Assembly (NCBI GenBank): GCA_002269645.1
Contig: NIVC01000024.1
Span: 829,437-893,436 of the forward strand
Direction: 5' to 3'
From: Macrostomum lignano
Lineage: Eukaryota
DNA: 64,000 bases
The position numbers were made by a program, and so were the translations under genes. Under the pieces are notes generated by a model, which was not told the origin of the DNA, did not search any database, and was given only the letters and a program-made list of their open reading frames with translations. This document shows, piece after piece, positions 42,850 to 53,770 of this stretch (positions are counted from its first letter, which is position 1; each line of letters opens with the position of its first letter).

Positions 42850-43381
42850 CCCCTCCCCTATTGATATTATGGGCTGAATGCAAATCAGTCGAATCCATTT
42901 TTTTGTAAAATAGTTTGGATTTCCAGCTTTGAACAATATCCTAAGAAACAAAGCATTCCGATCCCGCCCTTCTACGCTTGTCGAGTACTTGAGTGCTCTC
43001 TGCTTCCGCCTGAGGCCAGCTAACGTTTTGCTCAGTTTGTCCATGGAATTGCAAATTCTTGAAATGATTCCAATTATCCTACCCTCCTTACTTAGAAAGT
43101 TATCAAAACTATTCGTAAATTCTTTCAACAGCTGCGGCAGAAGCAGAATGTTTGCCATAGATTTATCAATTTGTTATTCCATTGAAAAAACTCCATTAGC
43201 AAACCTGCGCATCCTTAAAAGCTGTTGATTCTTCAGCACCGAGATGCATATGGGGGTACTCCAGTGACTGACAAGTTCTGAACCAGCTTTTAAATTGACA
43301 GGAGATCAATTATTATTGGTACGCTTCTCAAGGTAAAAGCCCTGACAGAACTGAGTCTCATCGGTGAGCCCCAACATCCGC

Positions 43382-44134
43382 ATGCAGCTTCATCAGATCG
43401 CCACAGCACTCGCTCTGCAAGCGGCAGTCTGCCAGCTGCTCTGGGCGTCAGCTCAACCGTGCCCCGCTCCGTTCAGCCTCGAGGCCGGCAAATGCGTGTT
43501 CGTGAGCACAGCTCACAGCCACAGCTGGTGCTCAGCGAATCGGCACTGCGCATCGATCGGAGGCGAGCTGCTCAACTCGTACAGCTCATTGCAGTTGCTG
43601 GGCAGCATGCCGAGTACCAAATGTGGCTGCAACATCTGGCTCGGAGTGTCTGACCTGGCTGAGGAGAGAGTCACGAGCAGGTCGGACTGGCAGAGGGTCA
43701 ACGGCAACGGCCAGCTGCCAAAAGACGACTCGCTGTGGCATAGAAATGATCCGAGCAACTCTGGAGGACATGAGGACTGCATCGCGTGGTACTTCACATC
43801 ATATGCGAAGATAGTCGACATGAAGTGCTCAGCGCTGGCTGGCTTTGCCTGCGAGTTCGTTGAGACTCCGCGAGAAGCTCCAGCTGGAGCATCATGGCTG
43901 CGGACTCCGTTCAAGCGCACCAGCTACAACCCCAGCTCCGAGTTCTGCCACGCTGACCTGCTGCAGGTGAAGAACGCAATGCACTGCGTGGCAGCCGGCA
44001 TGCGTGCGGCCAGCTGCAGACACGTGCTGTACAACAGCAAGCTGAGAGCCTGCCGTCTGCTGCTGTTTACTGACGCTCAGGTGGAGGCGGAGATCGAGAC
44101 GAACGCCGACTGGGTCAAGTTCAGCGTGTTCTGA
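43382..44134 (+). CDS. Secreted C-type lectin domain + C-terminal PAN/apple-like domain, 250 aa, intronless
   Basis: Signal peptide; CP..F....GKCV, W..A..HC...GG.L, IWLG.SD, W....P.N....EDC, D.KC....F.CE; C-terminal FC...HC....SC..V.Y....CRL pattern (PAN assignment is less certain). Confidence 0.85.
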   Translation: MQLHQIATALALQAAVCQLLWASAQPCPAPFSLEAGKCVFVSTAHSHSWCSANRHCASIGGELLNSYSSLQLLGSMPSTKCGCNIWLGVSDLAEERVTSRSDWQRVNGNGQLPKDDSLWHRNDPSNSGGHEDCIAWYFTSYAKIVDMKCSALAGFACEFVETPREAPAGASWLRTPFKRTSYNPSSEFCHADLLQVKNAMHCVAAGMRAASCRHVLYNSKLRACRLLLFTDAQVEAEIETNADWVKFSVF

Positions 44135-44633
44135 CGTCAAACTGACCTTGAATGAACCTTCACACCAATGAAGTTAAAATCTGTTTCCCAGCCTCAAATA
44201 CATGATGAAATGCGTTCAACCAACGCGCTTTTCTTCGATGCAAAAAATCTGACTTATATCCATTTATCCAAACAGCAGAAATATTTTCACATTAATTTGG
44301 ATAAAGCGGTAAAAAGTATGGGAAATAACAGACATCAAGTAGCCATAGCTGCGTGCGGCTGAAACAGCACATCGCTCGCTACGGTTTCACGGGTTACCTT
44401 GCCAACACTCCAAAGGCTCTCGTCTACTTCCCGACGCACTCGGCACTCGAATGCCCAAATCCAGCAGTCGGAAACGCTGGTTCGCTGATAAGATTGGCGC
44501 TCACACGAGCCGCCCATGCAGTCAGGAAAAGTGCGGCTAAAAAATAACCTTATCAGAGAACGCCTCCGCTCTCGGTCTGCGGTGGCGGTGCGATCGCGAA
44601 CTGATCGTTGCAGGTGCATTTCCGGTTAAACAG

Positions 44634-44640
44634 TATAAAA
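44634..44640 (+). promoter_or_regulatory. TATA box upstream of the tandem-domain precursor
   Basis: TATAAAA ~130 bp before the ATG at 44767. Confidence 0.5.
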
Positions 44641-44766
44641 GACCATCGGATCTGATAGAGCAGGTATTCATTGAGCTCATCTCCGAGCACTCAGACCAAA
44701 GCAAACACCTGCGAGCACTCAGTCCAAAGCAAGCACCTCTGAGCACTCAGTCCGATGCACTTTGCA

Positions 44767-46623
44767 ATGCGCGCTCTGCTGCCTCTGCTGTTCGTCCTCT
44801 GCGGCGCTCTGGTCGTCGCCGACCCACTGCCCGAGGCCGACCAGCGAAGCCTTCGAGCGTCCCTGGCCGGCTTCGCCAGCCGCCTGGCCGCCACCGAGGC
44901 CGCTGACGTCGCTCGGCTGGTGCGCAACTTCACGAGCTCCGCGGAGGACGTCAGCTTTGTCGAGGGCTCGGTGGACGCGGCAAAGGCGGTCCAGCAGCTG
45001 CGCTTCCTGCCCGCCCACTTCGTCAGCCGGCTGCTGCGAGTTGCCGAGTCCGAAGACTTTGCGGCCACCTCGTTCGCGATTGAGGTCGAGGTGCCGCTGT
45101 GTCGCTACCAGCTGTTCGTCGGCTCCGCCCGGACCTCCGGAAGCGCCATCTAGTTCGGCGCTTTCTCCACTCTCGTCTCGTGCAGCTTCGCGTCTAGGGA
45201 CTGCGGAGACTGGGCGTTGCCATGGAGACGCTGCGATGAGGCGGAGTGGGGACCGGCTGTCCGTGAAATGCCGGCGCTGACGGCACTGCTCAGGCGAGAA
45301 GCAGCAAGTCGGATCCTGAGTCACCCAGCCATGGCTGCTCAACCGGCTTCACTCAGGAGGTATCGGAGGTCGGCGGGAAGCCAGGATTCGCTCCGCACCG
45401 GCGTGAGCAGCTTCCTGTCGAAGTTCCAGTGGTTGAGCGACCTCGTGAAGAGGCAGGAGCTGACGGTGTCCACGCCGATCCGAAGAATCACCAGCAGAGG
45501 CTTCGAGGTTTTCAGCCAGAGCGCCTCCATGCAGGCGATCGCGGAGGTCGATCCCAGCCAGTACCCTAGCTTTGTTGAGTACGCGCTCAACATGATTGAC
45601 GTGTCGCCGACCGTAAGAAGCGAGGTGAGGCGGGGCGTCTTCGACCTGCTGCCGTTCCTCGGACAGAGCGAGTGGCACGACTTCAACATCCTGTTTCGCT
45701 CCGGCTCGGGCGGCTCCACGAAGTTCGTCAGCGTCCTGGCGCACAATGGCGGCTCCCGGGGCTTCGACTTCGTGATTGCCGACTTCCAGACGTCGTTCCA
45801 GCTCGCCCCGGACCTGCTGGTGGTCGAGCGAAAGTCCAGCTCGATGTGGGGCGCCTTCGGCTCATCCGAGACCGTCATCCACAAAGTCCCCGCGTCCATT
45901 CGGGACGCCGACCTCGACGTTCTGATGGCGTTCTTCGACCTGGCTGCTTTCCGCAGGTTTGCCCTCATGCTGGACATCCCGGTGAGAGGCGCCCGCTTCA
46001 GAAGGTCTGCAGCCGTTGGGTACATCGCCGCGGTGCAGGCAGGCGTCAAGCTGTATGGCCAGATCGCCAAGACCTTCTCCACCAAGAAGACGTCGCAGAT
46101 TGTCGGCAAGATCATCGGGAAGGGCTTCGACTTCTTCTCCATGCAGTCGCGGGCCCACGTGATCTCCCGGATGAACCCAGTCTTCCTGCCGCGGTTTCTC
46201 GGAATGCTGGACCGGCTGTACGGCTTTCCCGCAAAGTACCTGCCTCAGGTGAGCGCCGTGATGGAGATGGTGCAGTTCGTGAGCCACCAGGACTGGAACA
46301 AGAACGACTTCCTGTTTGACGTGAACAGCGGCGGCCACAACGCGTGGGTGACGGTTCTGTCCAACCGGAACGAGGACGGCACCTTCAACTTCCTGATCGC
46401 CAACGTGCGGCAGCGCTTCCGGCTGGCACCGGATGTGCTCATCATCAAGGAGTCCAAGTCCGTGCTGGGCGGCATCTACCAGTCGGAGAAGTACAAGCTC
46501 CAGCGAATTCCAAGGAGCATCACAGAGGAGGACCTGCAGGCGCTGACCAACTTCTTCAACATCATCACCTTCAAGAGGTTCGGCCTGCAGCTGAACGTCG
46601 ACACCCAGCAGCTGGACCCGTGA
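44767..46623 (+). CDS. Secreted precursor of unknown family: signal + pro-region + two homologous ~205-aa domains preceded by RYRR and RFRR; single in-frame TAG at 45151-45153
   Basis: ORFs 44755-45153 and 45217-46623 are in the same frame and the intervening 21 codons are stop-free. Signal MRALLPLLFVLCGALVVA; internal duplication visible by eye (GFEVFS/GFDFFS, LAPDLLVV/LAPDVLII, FRRF/FKRF). Confidence 0.75.
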
Positions 46624-47125
46624 GGTCCCTGGACTGGCTGAACAGCCTCTTTGACTGCGCCAAGCTCCTGCCGACACTGACGTTTTGCTGTGTGGAATGA
46701 CAAGCAGCATTGCTACTGGCAGTAGTCGTATTGACATATTTCCTTTTTCCTGTTATTTCCAGCGCCAAAAGTGCATTGCTCTGTTTTCAAGGCAATTAAT
46801 TTTTAGCAACTGCCAAATTGTGCTTCGAAATTAATTTGTGCCATCCATCTGCGTCTTCAAGGCAATAATATTGAACAAAATGAGTCTGCTCATTTGAGCT
46901 GAAAACACAGTTGACTTAACAGTTTATTTCGAAACAAATCTTTTTTATCTGATTGCATGACAGTGTGGTTCAAGATATTTTAGTCAGAGTGCTTTTACGG
47001 GCATTTGAGTCTCTTCTTTAGCACTTCAAGTATCCTCAAACACCTCAAACTCATCGTGACTGAATAGCATTAGGTCCATCATTATCATGATCTAATCGTA
47101 GCCATCCTGCTGAGGCTCCTGTCAC

Positions 47126-47872
47126 TCAGTGCACGCTGAACTTGACCCAGTCGGCGCTCGTCTCGATCTCCTCCTCCACCTGAGCGTCGGTGAACAGCAG
47201 CAGGCGGCAGGCTCTCAGCTTGCTGTTGTACAGCACGTGTCTGCTGATTCCGGAGTCGGAAGCGGAAATCACGCAGGCAACCTCTGATTTGACGTTCTCT
47301 AAATCAGCGTGGCAGTACTCGGAGCTGGGGTTGTAGCTGGTGCGCTTGAACGGAGTCCGCTGCCACAGCAGGCCAGAGGCAGAGCGAGGCTGAGCTGCGC
47401 CAACGAACTCGCAGGCGAAGCCGCGCAGTTCCGAGCAGACGTTGTCAGACAGCTTCCCGATCGCGTCATTGTACTGTCCGATGCAGTCCTGGTTGTTTCC
47501 TCTGTTGTTTGGATCGCCTGCTCGCCACACGGAGTCATTCAGAGGCAGAATGCCCTTGCCTTTCACCAGCTGCCAGCCCGACTTGCTCGTGCCTCTCTCC
47601 TCAGCCAGGTCGGACACTCCGAGCCAGATGCTGCAGTTGCAGCTGAGACTCGGCATGCTGCCCAGCAACTGCAGCGAGCTGTGCGAGTTGAGCAGCTCGC
47701 CTCCGATCGATGCGCAGTGCCGATTCGCTGAGCACCAGGTGAAGCTTTGAGCTGTGCTCACGAACACGCATTTGCCGGCCTCGAGGCGGAACGGAGCGGG
47801 GCACTGGCACAGAGCTCGCTGCAAGTTCACCGCAACCAGAGCCAACAAGACGATAGCAGAGCTCGAAGGCAT
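47126..47872 (-). CDS. Secreted C-type lectin + PAN/apple-like protein, 248 aa, intronless paralog of 43382-44134
   Basis: Signal MPSSSAIVLLALVAVNLQRALC; near-identical blocks CPAPF.LEAGKCVFVSTA, TPFKRTSYNPSSE.CHADL, VLYNSKLRACRLLLFTDAQVE. Confidence 0.85.
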   Translation of the reverse strand: MPSSSAIVLLALVAVNLQRALCQCPAPFRLEAGKCVFVSTAQSFTWCSANRHCASIGGELLNSHSSLQLLGSMPSLSCNCSIWLGVSDLAEERGTSKSGWQLVKGKGILPLNDSVWRAGDPNNRGNNQDCIGQYNDAIGKLSDNVCSELRGFACEFVGAAQPRSASGLLWQRTPFKRTSYNPSSEYCHADLENVKSEVACVISASDSGISRHVLYNSKLRACRLLLFTDAQVEEEIETSADWVKFSVH

Positions 47873-50800
47873 CAGCTCAGCAGTTTCTGGGAACGGATAC
47901 CGCAAGGCGATTTTTTGAGCTTTCAAAGGAATCATTTATATAGATGATTGCAGGGTGTTGCGAATTCAAGGGTATTTGGCAAGCCATCATTCTATTTGTT
48001 TTGACAGCAGCTTGTTTGAATAGTTAATTGACTCGCTCAACTGTTACGGGCAGAAAATTTCCCGCTTTCAGATCCACCTGGTTTGGCGCGTCAGCTGACT
48101 CGACAGGAGCTCCGGCTTCGTGGGTTTCCTTGACCAAAGTAGCAGCATGCATGATTGACAGTCCATTAGCCAAAATATATTTCTCTGTGAGCGGAGAGCC
48201 AAGCCATCGACTGTGGAGAGAAAGCTGTTAGGCATCTCAGAAAGCTTTTAAGTGAGTCGTCCATTACAGCATTATTCAGCGTGCAGTAACTGACTCCCAG
48301 ATAAAATGTTGATTTAGACATCTTGACATCCTTGAATCAAAACTTTTGTCCTGGCACTGTTTACCAGACCCAAACTGATGGGTACTATCTCTGGCCTCTC
48401 ACTCCTATCGGATAGTCAGCCCCAAGGCTAGCATAGGTGTAAACCGGGACAATTTCGAATAATAAACATTAGCTAATCCTGAGATTAACCTAATCCAACC
48501 AGTCCAAACCAGCCGTCTCGAAAACTGACTAAAAAGGGCTCTGCACCAACCTGCAAACTAGATGCCTTTTACCTGCTGCTGGGAATGGATCGCATTGACC
48601 ATGCAGGGACAGAGGACTCATTTTTGAAGGAGGTTCTTGCAAGGCCAGACTATAGGGTAGGGGAATGCATACTAATACATTATCAAGTTCCTATATGCAA
48701 GCTTCTGGCCATATGTGACTGCAAACTCTCCAATAGCGCTGATGCTGAGCAGTCATAGCCCTCTGCAAGACCCCATCGGTAGCATGGTGAATTCTGACAT
48801 TAGATAAGCCACTTATGAAGCCTGAGTCAGCACTAGACCCTCTGGTAAATAAACCAGATAACATCACTAGAACTTTCGCTCAAACAAGCTAACATGCCCT
48901 ATTCCGGTTATGCAAAATTTTATCTTGTATGAATCCTGTTTGCGTGACGAAATCTTACGTTTCCTTGTTTCAAACAAGATTCAAATAGGATTCACTGACC
49001 AGGTAACAGTCGGATAATTTATGCGAATCTTGCAGGGAAACATCGTGTTATCCTGTTTGTTATCTTGTCCGACAAACAAGATTCGCTGACAAGGTAATAT
49101 AGCCGGGTAATTCATGCGAATGAAAGGCGGAAAGCATTGAAATAAAATATTTCGCAGTAAAGAAGCGTATAAAAAGTGGTTGCTTCAAGATGTTATGAGT
49201 AGCACCTATTTAACAGCGGGGTGTCATTTGTAAGCGCCTTATACAAACTAAACGGTAGCTCAACAGGAACGGAAACGTATGGAGTACAGCTTAGCAGAAG
49301 TCTATGAGTTTCGGGAGTCCAGTTATAATAAGTAGACCTTTAGACCTACTTATTATACTGTGGATACCGATTGATACTACAGAATTGCTGATCTGCTGCG
49401 ATTTGGTGCTGAGTCGCAGGTCGGACCTGCTGGACTCGGACGCGAATCTGACGCCAGTCGACGCGTGAGCCAGACGTTGGAAAGATCGGGTCGCGCGGCC
49501 GGACGGCGATTAATGAGACCACTGACGGGGGCTTGCATTATATGCCGGCGCAGTGGAACGACTCTGCATTATAAAGTTAAATTAAATGGCGATGGAAGGC
49601 AGTTTCTCAGAAATATACACAGAAAACAGTAATGTACATACACATTCGATTGTCTCGCTCTAAGAGACAGCGACGGTTCGCCGACAGGCATTGCAACCAG
49701 ATTGGACTGTTCGCTAGTAATGTCAGCTGCGTCGATAGAATTGTCATTCGTAGGCTGGTCGTCATCCGGAATCAACTGGCTTTCGTTGATCGGCTGCTCG
49801 TAGACCCGAGACGAAGTGAATGGCGTATCATCTGATGCGCCGGCTCAAGCGGCGATGGCTTCGTCGTGCAGTTGCGTCCACGAAATGCCGACTGCGCTGG
49901 AAACTCTCCCGTTGGAAAATTTATGCACCAGCAGAGGCATAAAAGGTGAGCGAGGTGCACAAAAGAGGCACTTAGTGGCCTATTTCGTGTGTGTTTTGGA
50001 AGTGCACCTGAGTGCACCTTTTTGTGCCTAAATGTCACCAGCCGTTATTATCCCCTAACTGATTCTTCAGGAGGATCACTCACTGTTATCCCCCCTCTCA
50101 TCAGTCCCTGAGAAGTGGCACTAAAACAAGACCGAGAGATGTCAGTCCAATTCAAATGGCTTCAGCATCGCCAGCTTCAGCGTCGGTGGATTCAGCATCG
50201 TCGGCTTCAGGGTCGGCGTCAGCTTCGGCTGATGACTGACCGGCCGTCTGCTTCCTCTGCGTATTTTCGCCGGAGGGCCGGACAGCTGTTTTCATTTCAT
50301 CATCCGGTCGGGTTATAAAATTGCGCATTTAGGTTTTACAACTTGAACGGTTGAAAACGCGGATGGGAGTTTTTAAAAAGGAAAAAAATTGTCCCACACT
50401 TGCCGAAAAGGTGCCACAACTCTTAATGCTACATATGTAAGTAAAAGAAAATCATGAAAGTAACATTTCCTACACTGATAAGTCCCAATGACTTTCAAAT
50501 ACAGAGGAAAAGTTCCGAAAAGCGGTGAAAAGGTCCCAAGCCGCTTTGGGGCAAACAGCACCCAACTAATCAAACCGCAGGCACATCTGTGACAACAGGG
50601 CATATGTTGTTATAACATCTGCAGATGAGACGGTCTGATAACAATACGGTGTGTATCAAATTATGTTTTTTAGTACTTTTCATTTTATTTGTGCAAAAAA
50701 GGGATGCACGATAATGAAGATAGTAAGAAAGAGTAGGAAGCTGCTGAGGAAAATTTATGAGGGAAAAGTGTATATAGTATAAGTTACTATGCAAAATTAA

Positions 50801-51527
50801 ATACTATGAATATTCATGAATAATAATCCTAACGAATGTGGACGTTGTAGACATTGTAGACAATGACATGCTTACTACACTCGCTGTTTCTGGTCGTTCC
50901 AAGTTCAGTTCTATTGATACTTCAAATCCTAATTCACGTTGAGCATGAAACATGAAACAGTAAACACAAAGAAATTATGTAAAATATGGCACAAAATAAT
51001 AATTAGCGGAAATACGAGACTAGTTTTCCATAGATTAGCGTCCCGTATTAGAATAGAAGAGCTGCTAAGGGATGAAATGTGCCAAACAGGACGTCAAAGC
51101 TCCGTGCAGAAAACAAACAGAGAAACAAAAAAACAGTAAAACAATGGACAAAACAGGATAAATTTAACGAATGGATAAGCTGTCCTGCCTACAGTTTTGG
51201 GCAAAGTTCCGGCACTTGTGGTACAGAAAGTTACTTTTTTAAGACGGCACTTTTCCGGTTCTTTTTCTAGAATGCTTGACTTAGGTAGCTAATGGAAATC
51301 ACTTGTGATAAGTCCGGTGCCTCTGGTAATTGAAAATGAAAATTAGAAAGGACCGGTAACGGAAGTACGTACCGGAAGTTACTTTTTTTAATACCGGTAC
51401 CAGAACAAGTATCGAAAGTTACTTTCCTTGGAACCGAATTAATTTAATCGGAAGTCACTTTTCTCAGAGAAAAAGTGCCTAAAACTGCATGACTACAACT
51501 GCTCGACAGTCCACACCGACAGTCTGC

Positions 51528-51800
51528 TTAAAGTTCGGCGGCTCCCTGATCGGTGGTGTCGGCCATTCGCGTCTTCTTAGAAAGCCGGCGCTTCATAGCA
51601 GTCTCGCGGCACTGATAGTGCTGTCGACGGAACTCCTTTTCATCCGCGTTCACGCCGACGTGCTTGGCGTATGCAATTGCCACAGCCAGTTTTCCGGCGT
51701 CGCATCGCTGGCCACCTACCTGACCCTTGACGCGACCAGAGCAGGTCTCTCGCAAGAACTGGTCCTCGCTGAATAAAGCGCGAAGGTGTCGACGATGTCG
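51528..51800 (-). CDS. Possible BEN-domain ORF or remnant
   Basis: LRALFSEDQFLRETCSGRVKG...CDAGKLAVAIAY...QCRE resembles the BEN pattern L..LF..e.l...t.sG...LD..kl..i. The 5' structure is unresolved. Confidence 0.35.
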   Translation of the reverse strand, partial: RHRRHLRALFSEDQFLRETCSGRVKGQVGGQRCDAGKLAVAIAYAKHVGVNADEKEFRRQHYQCRETAMKRRLSKKTRMADTTDQGAAEL

Positions 51801-53352
51801 TTGTCGTCGACGCGCAGCAGCCCTGCGCAGTACGCGGCCACAAACTCGCGTATACTGGAGCATCCAACACTCTGGGCCGCTTCAAAAAGCGATTGGCCCC
51901 GGTTTTGTTGGCTTCCTGCAAGCTCTTTCTTTGGTCAAACGCCTGATGTGGCCGAGGCACGCGTACCATAGCGGTCGAACGAACCTTTTTCGATGGTGGA
52001 TTGCTCTGAAATTGCAGGATACATTTATCCTCGATTTGAACGCACGGTTCTGTAGTACCATCTCAGTGAATATTTAGACATTTGAACTGAACTACTTTGG
52101 TATAATTGCTGATCTGATTAAAGGCAATATACGAGCTATCCATAAAGTATATTGTATATATATCTACGCGGTTATCGAATTAGATCCCGGCGGTTTTATG
52201 AACAAAATGAGTGATTCTGTGCAACTGTATAATGAATCAGGCTATCAGAGATTAATAACATATGAATAACTAGTTGAAATTCCTGCCCAGCTTCTATATC
52301 CCTCTATTTCCTCTATATCCCTTTGATATACGCGCTAGTGTACTGATACTACCAATATTAAAATAAGCAAGAAATGAATGCGAGCGTCTCGAGCACATTT
52401 ATTTGCGCCAGCTGTACGAGTACATGATTTGTACGAAAATCTTTAACGACTACTCTCTTGACTTGATCTGCTCACGGCTGGTGCAACTGCAAACGCCTTA
52501 GACAAACCAATGGAGCATGCACTGACAAAAATCGGATTAGCGTCTTAATCTTAATAGGAAAGCTTCTTTGCATACTGGGCCAGTTAGAGCTATTTGGAAC
52601 CATGCCACAGTCTCCGTCTAGACACCCAGCTGTGCCAAACAATATGGTTGGCTGATTTATGCTTCTAAGCGTCAAATATGACGATAGAATCATTCAGCCC
52701 GTTGACACACTAAGCAGTTGTGACAGACTACATGCCAGTGGTAGTCAAACCTCTCGCACACAATCAGGGCGCAACAAATTTTCAATTTTCGCCTGTATGG
52801 AGGATGGGCACAGCCACACATTACGGACGCCACAGTGCCGCCGTAAAGCAGATCAATTGGAGAGAATTAGAGAGTGGAGAGGTTTCGCGCCGCAGTTCAC
52901 GGATGCCAGCTGAATTATACTTAGCCAGATATTAAACTCCTAATCTACTGACTTTATTGTTTCCAACAAGTTCCGGCCACGTTATCTGGTGCAATTCCGA
53001 TTCAAACAAGATAACAGAGAATTATCTGGTGGCGAATCTTGTATTGTTATCTGTTTTTCAAACAAGATTCCCGCCATGTTATCCTGTAAAATTCAGTTAA
53101 CTCACCAGATAACAGTCAAACCAGACAACACTAAAATTATCTGGTGGCGAATCTGGTGGTTTCACCAGTTTCGCAACCCAACCAAAGAAATCGGTAGTGA
53201 ATCTGACAAGATTCGCAGATTATCTTGTGGTGTTATCTGGTTTATTTACCAGAGGGGGATGCTTGACTGGCTTGAATTCTGATTCAAAATAGTCACATGG
53301 CCCCAAAAATTTCGTATGCCATCCTTGATAAGCAGGCCGTCAAGTCTCCTCA

Positions 53353-53549
53353 GGGGTCGCCATCACAAACCCGAAAGCACTTCCCATCATAAACCCGAAA
53401 TATCATAACTTCGAGACCAAAATAGCGTCGGACATTGCTAACATTATCGGAGTTATGGTATTTCGGGTTAGTGATATTTCGGTGGTATGATGGGAAATGC
53501 TATTTTGGTTTTCGGAATTGTCATTTTTCGGGTTTGTGATGCCCCCCCC
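53353..53549. mobile_element. PIF/Harbinger (Tourist-like) MITE, 3-bp TSD TCA
   Basis: G-rich/C-rich termini, TIR ..CATCACAAACCCGAAA / TTTCGGGTTTGTGATG..; TCA at 53350-52 and 53550-52. Confidence 0.6.
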
Positions 53550-53560
53550 TCACCTCTTTA

Positions 53561-53770
53561 GACATGAACCCCATCAAGCATGTCTGGGACTTTATAAAGC
53601 GAAGAGTTCAAAAGAGGCTGCCGCGCAGGATGCAGAAGAGTTGCGACAGATGGTTCTGAATACTCGTACCTGGTAGCAGCTGCCCGAAGACTTCATCAAT
53701 CGGCTGGTGATCAGGATGCAATGGTGAGTGACAGCTGTTTTGCATGTTTGTGGTTCCTGCACACGATTGC
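53561..53770 (+). pseudogene. Degenerate Tc1/mariner transposase C-terminal fragment
   Basis: DMNPIKHVWDFIKRRV (cf. Tc1 DLNPIE.LW..LKRRV), then a frameshift to ELRQMV..W*QLPEDFINRLV.RM with stops. Confidence 0.65.

Noticed and set aside
45216-45229. X-box-like GTTGCCATGGAGAC
   Set aside because: Falls inside the probable coding pro-region (LPWR); a single occurrence is compatible with chance.
48300-48890. Possible LINE 3' remnant
   Set aside because: No recognisable RT or endonuclease motif could be read in any frame.
50340-51490. Possible TIR element from GAAAAG(G/T)TNCC / GGAAGTTACTTTT motif clusters
   Set aside because: Motifs occur in both orientations and no termini or TSD could be fixed.
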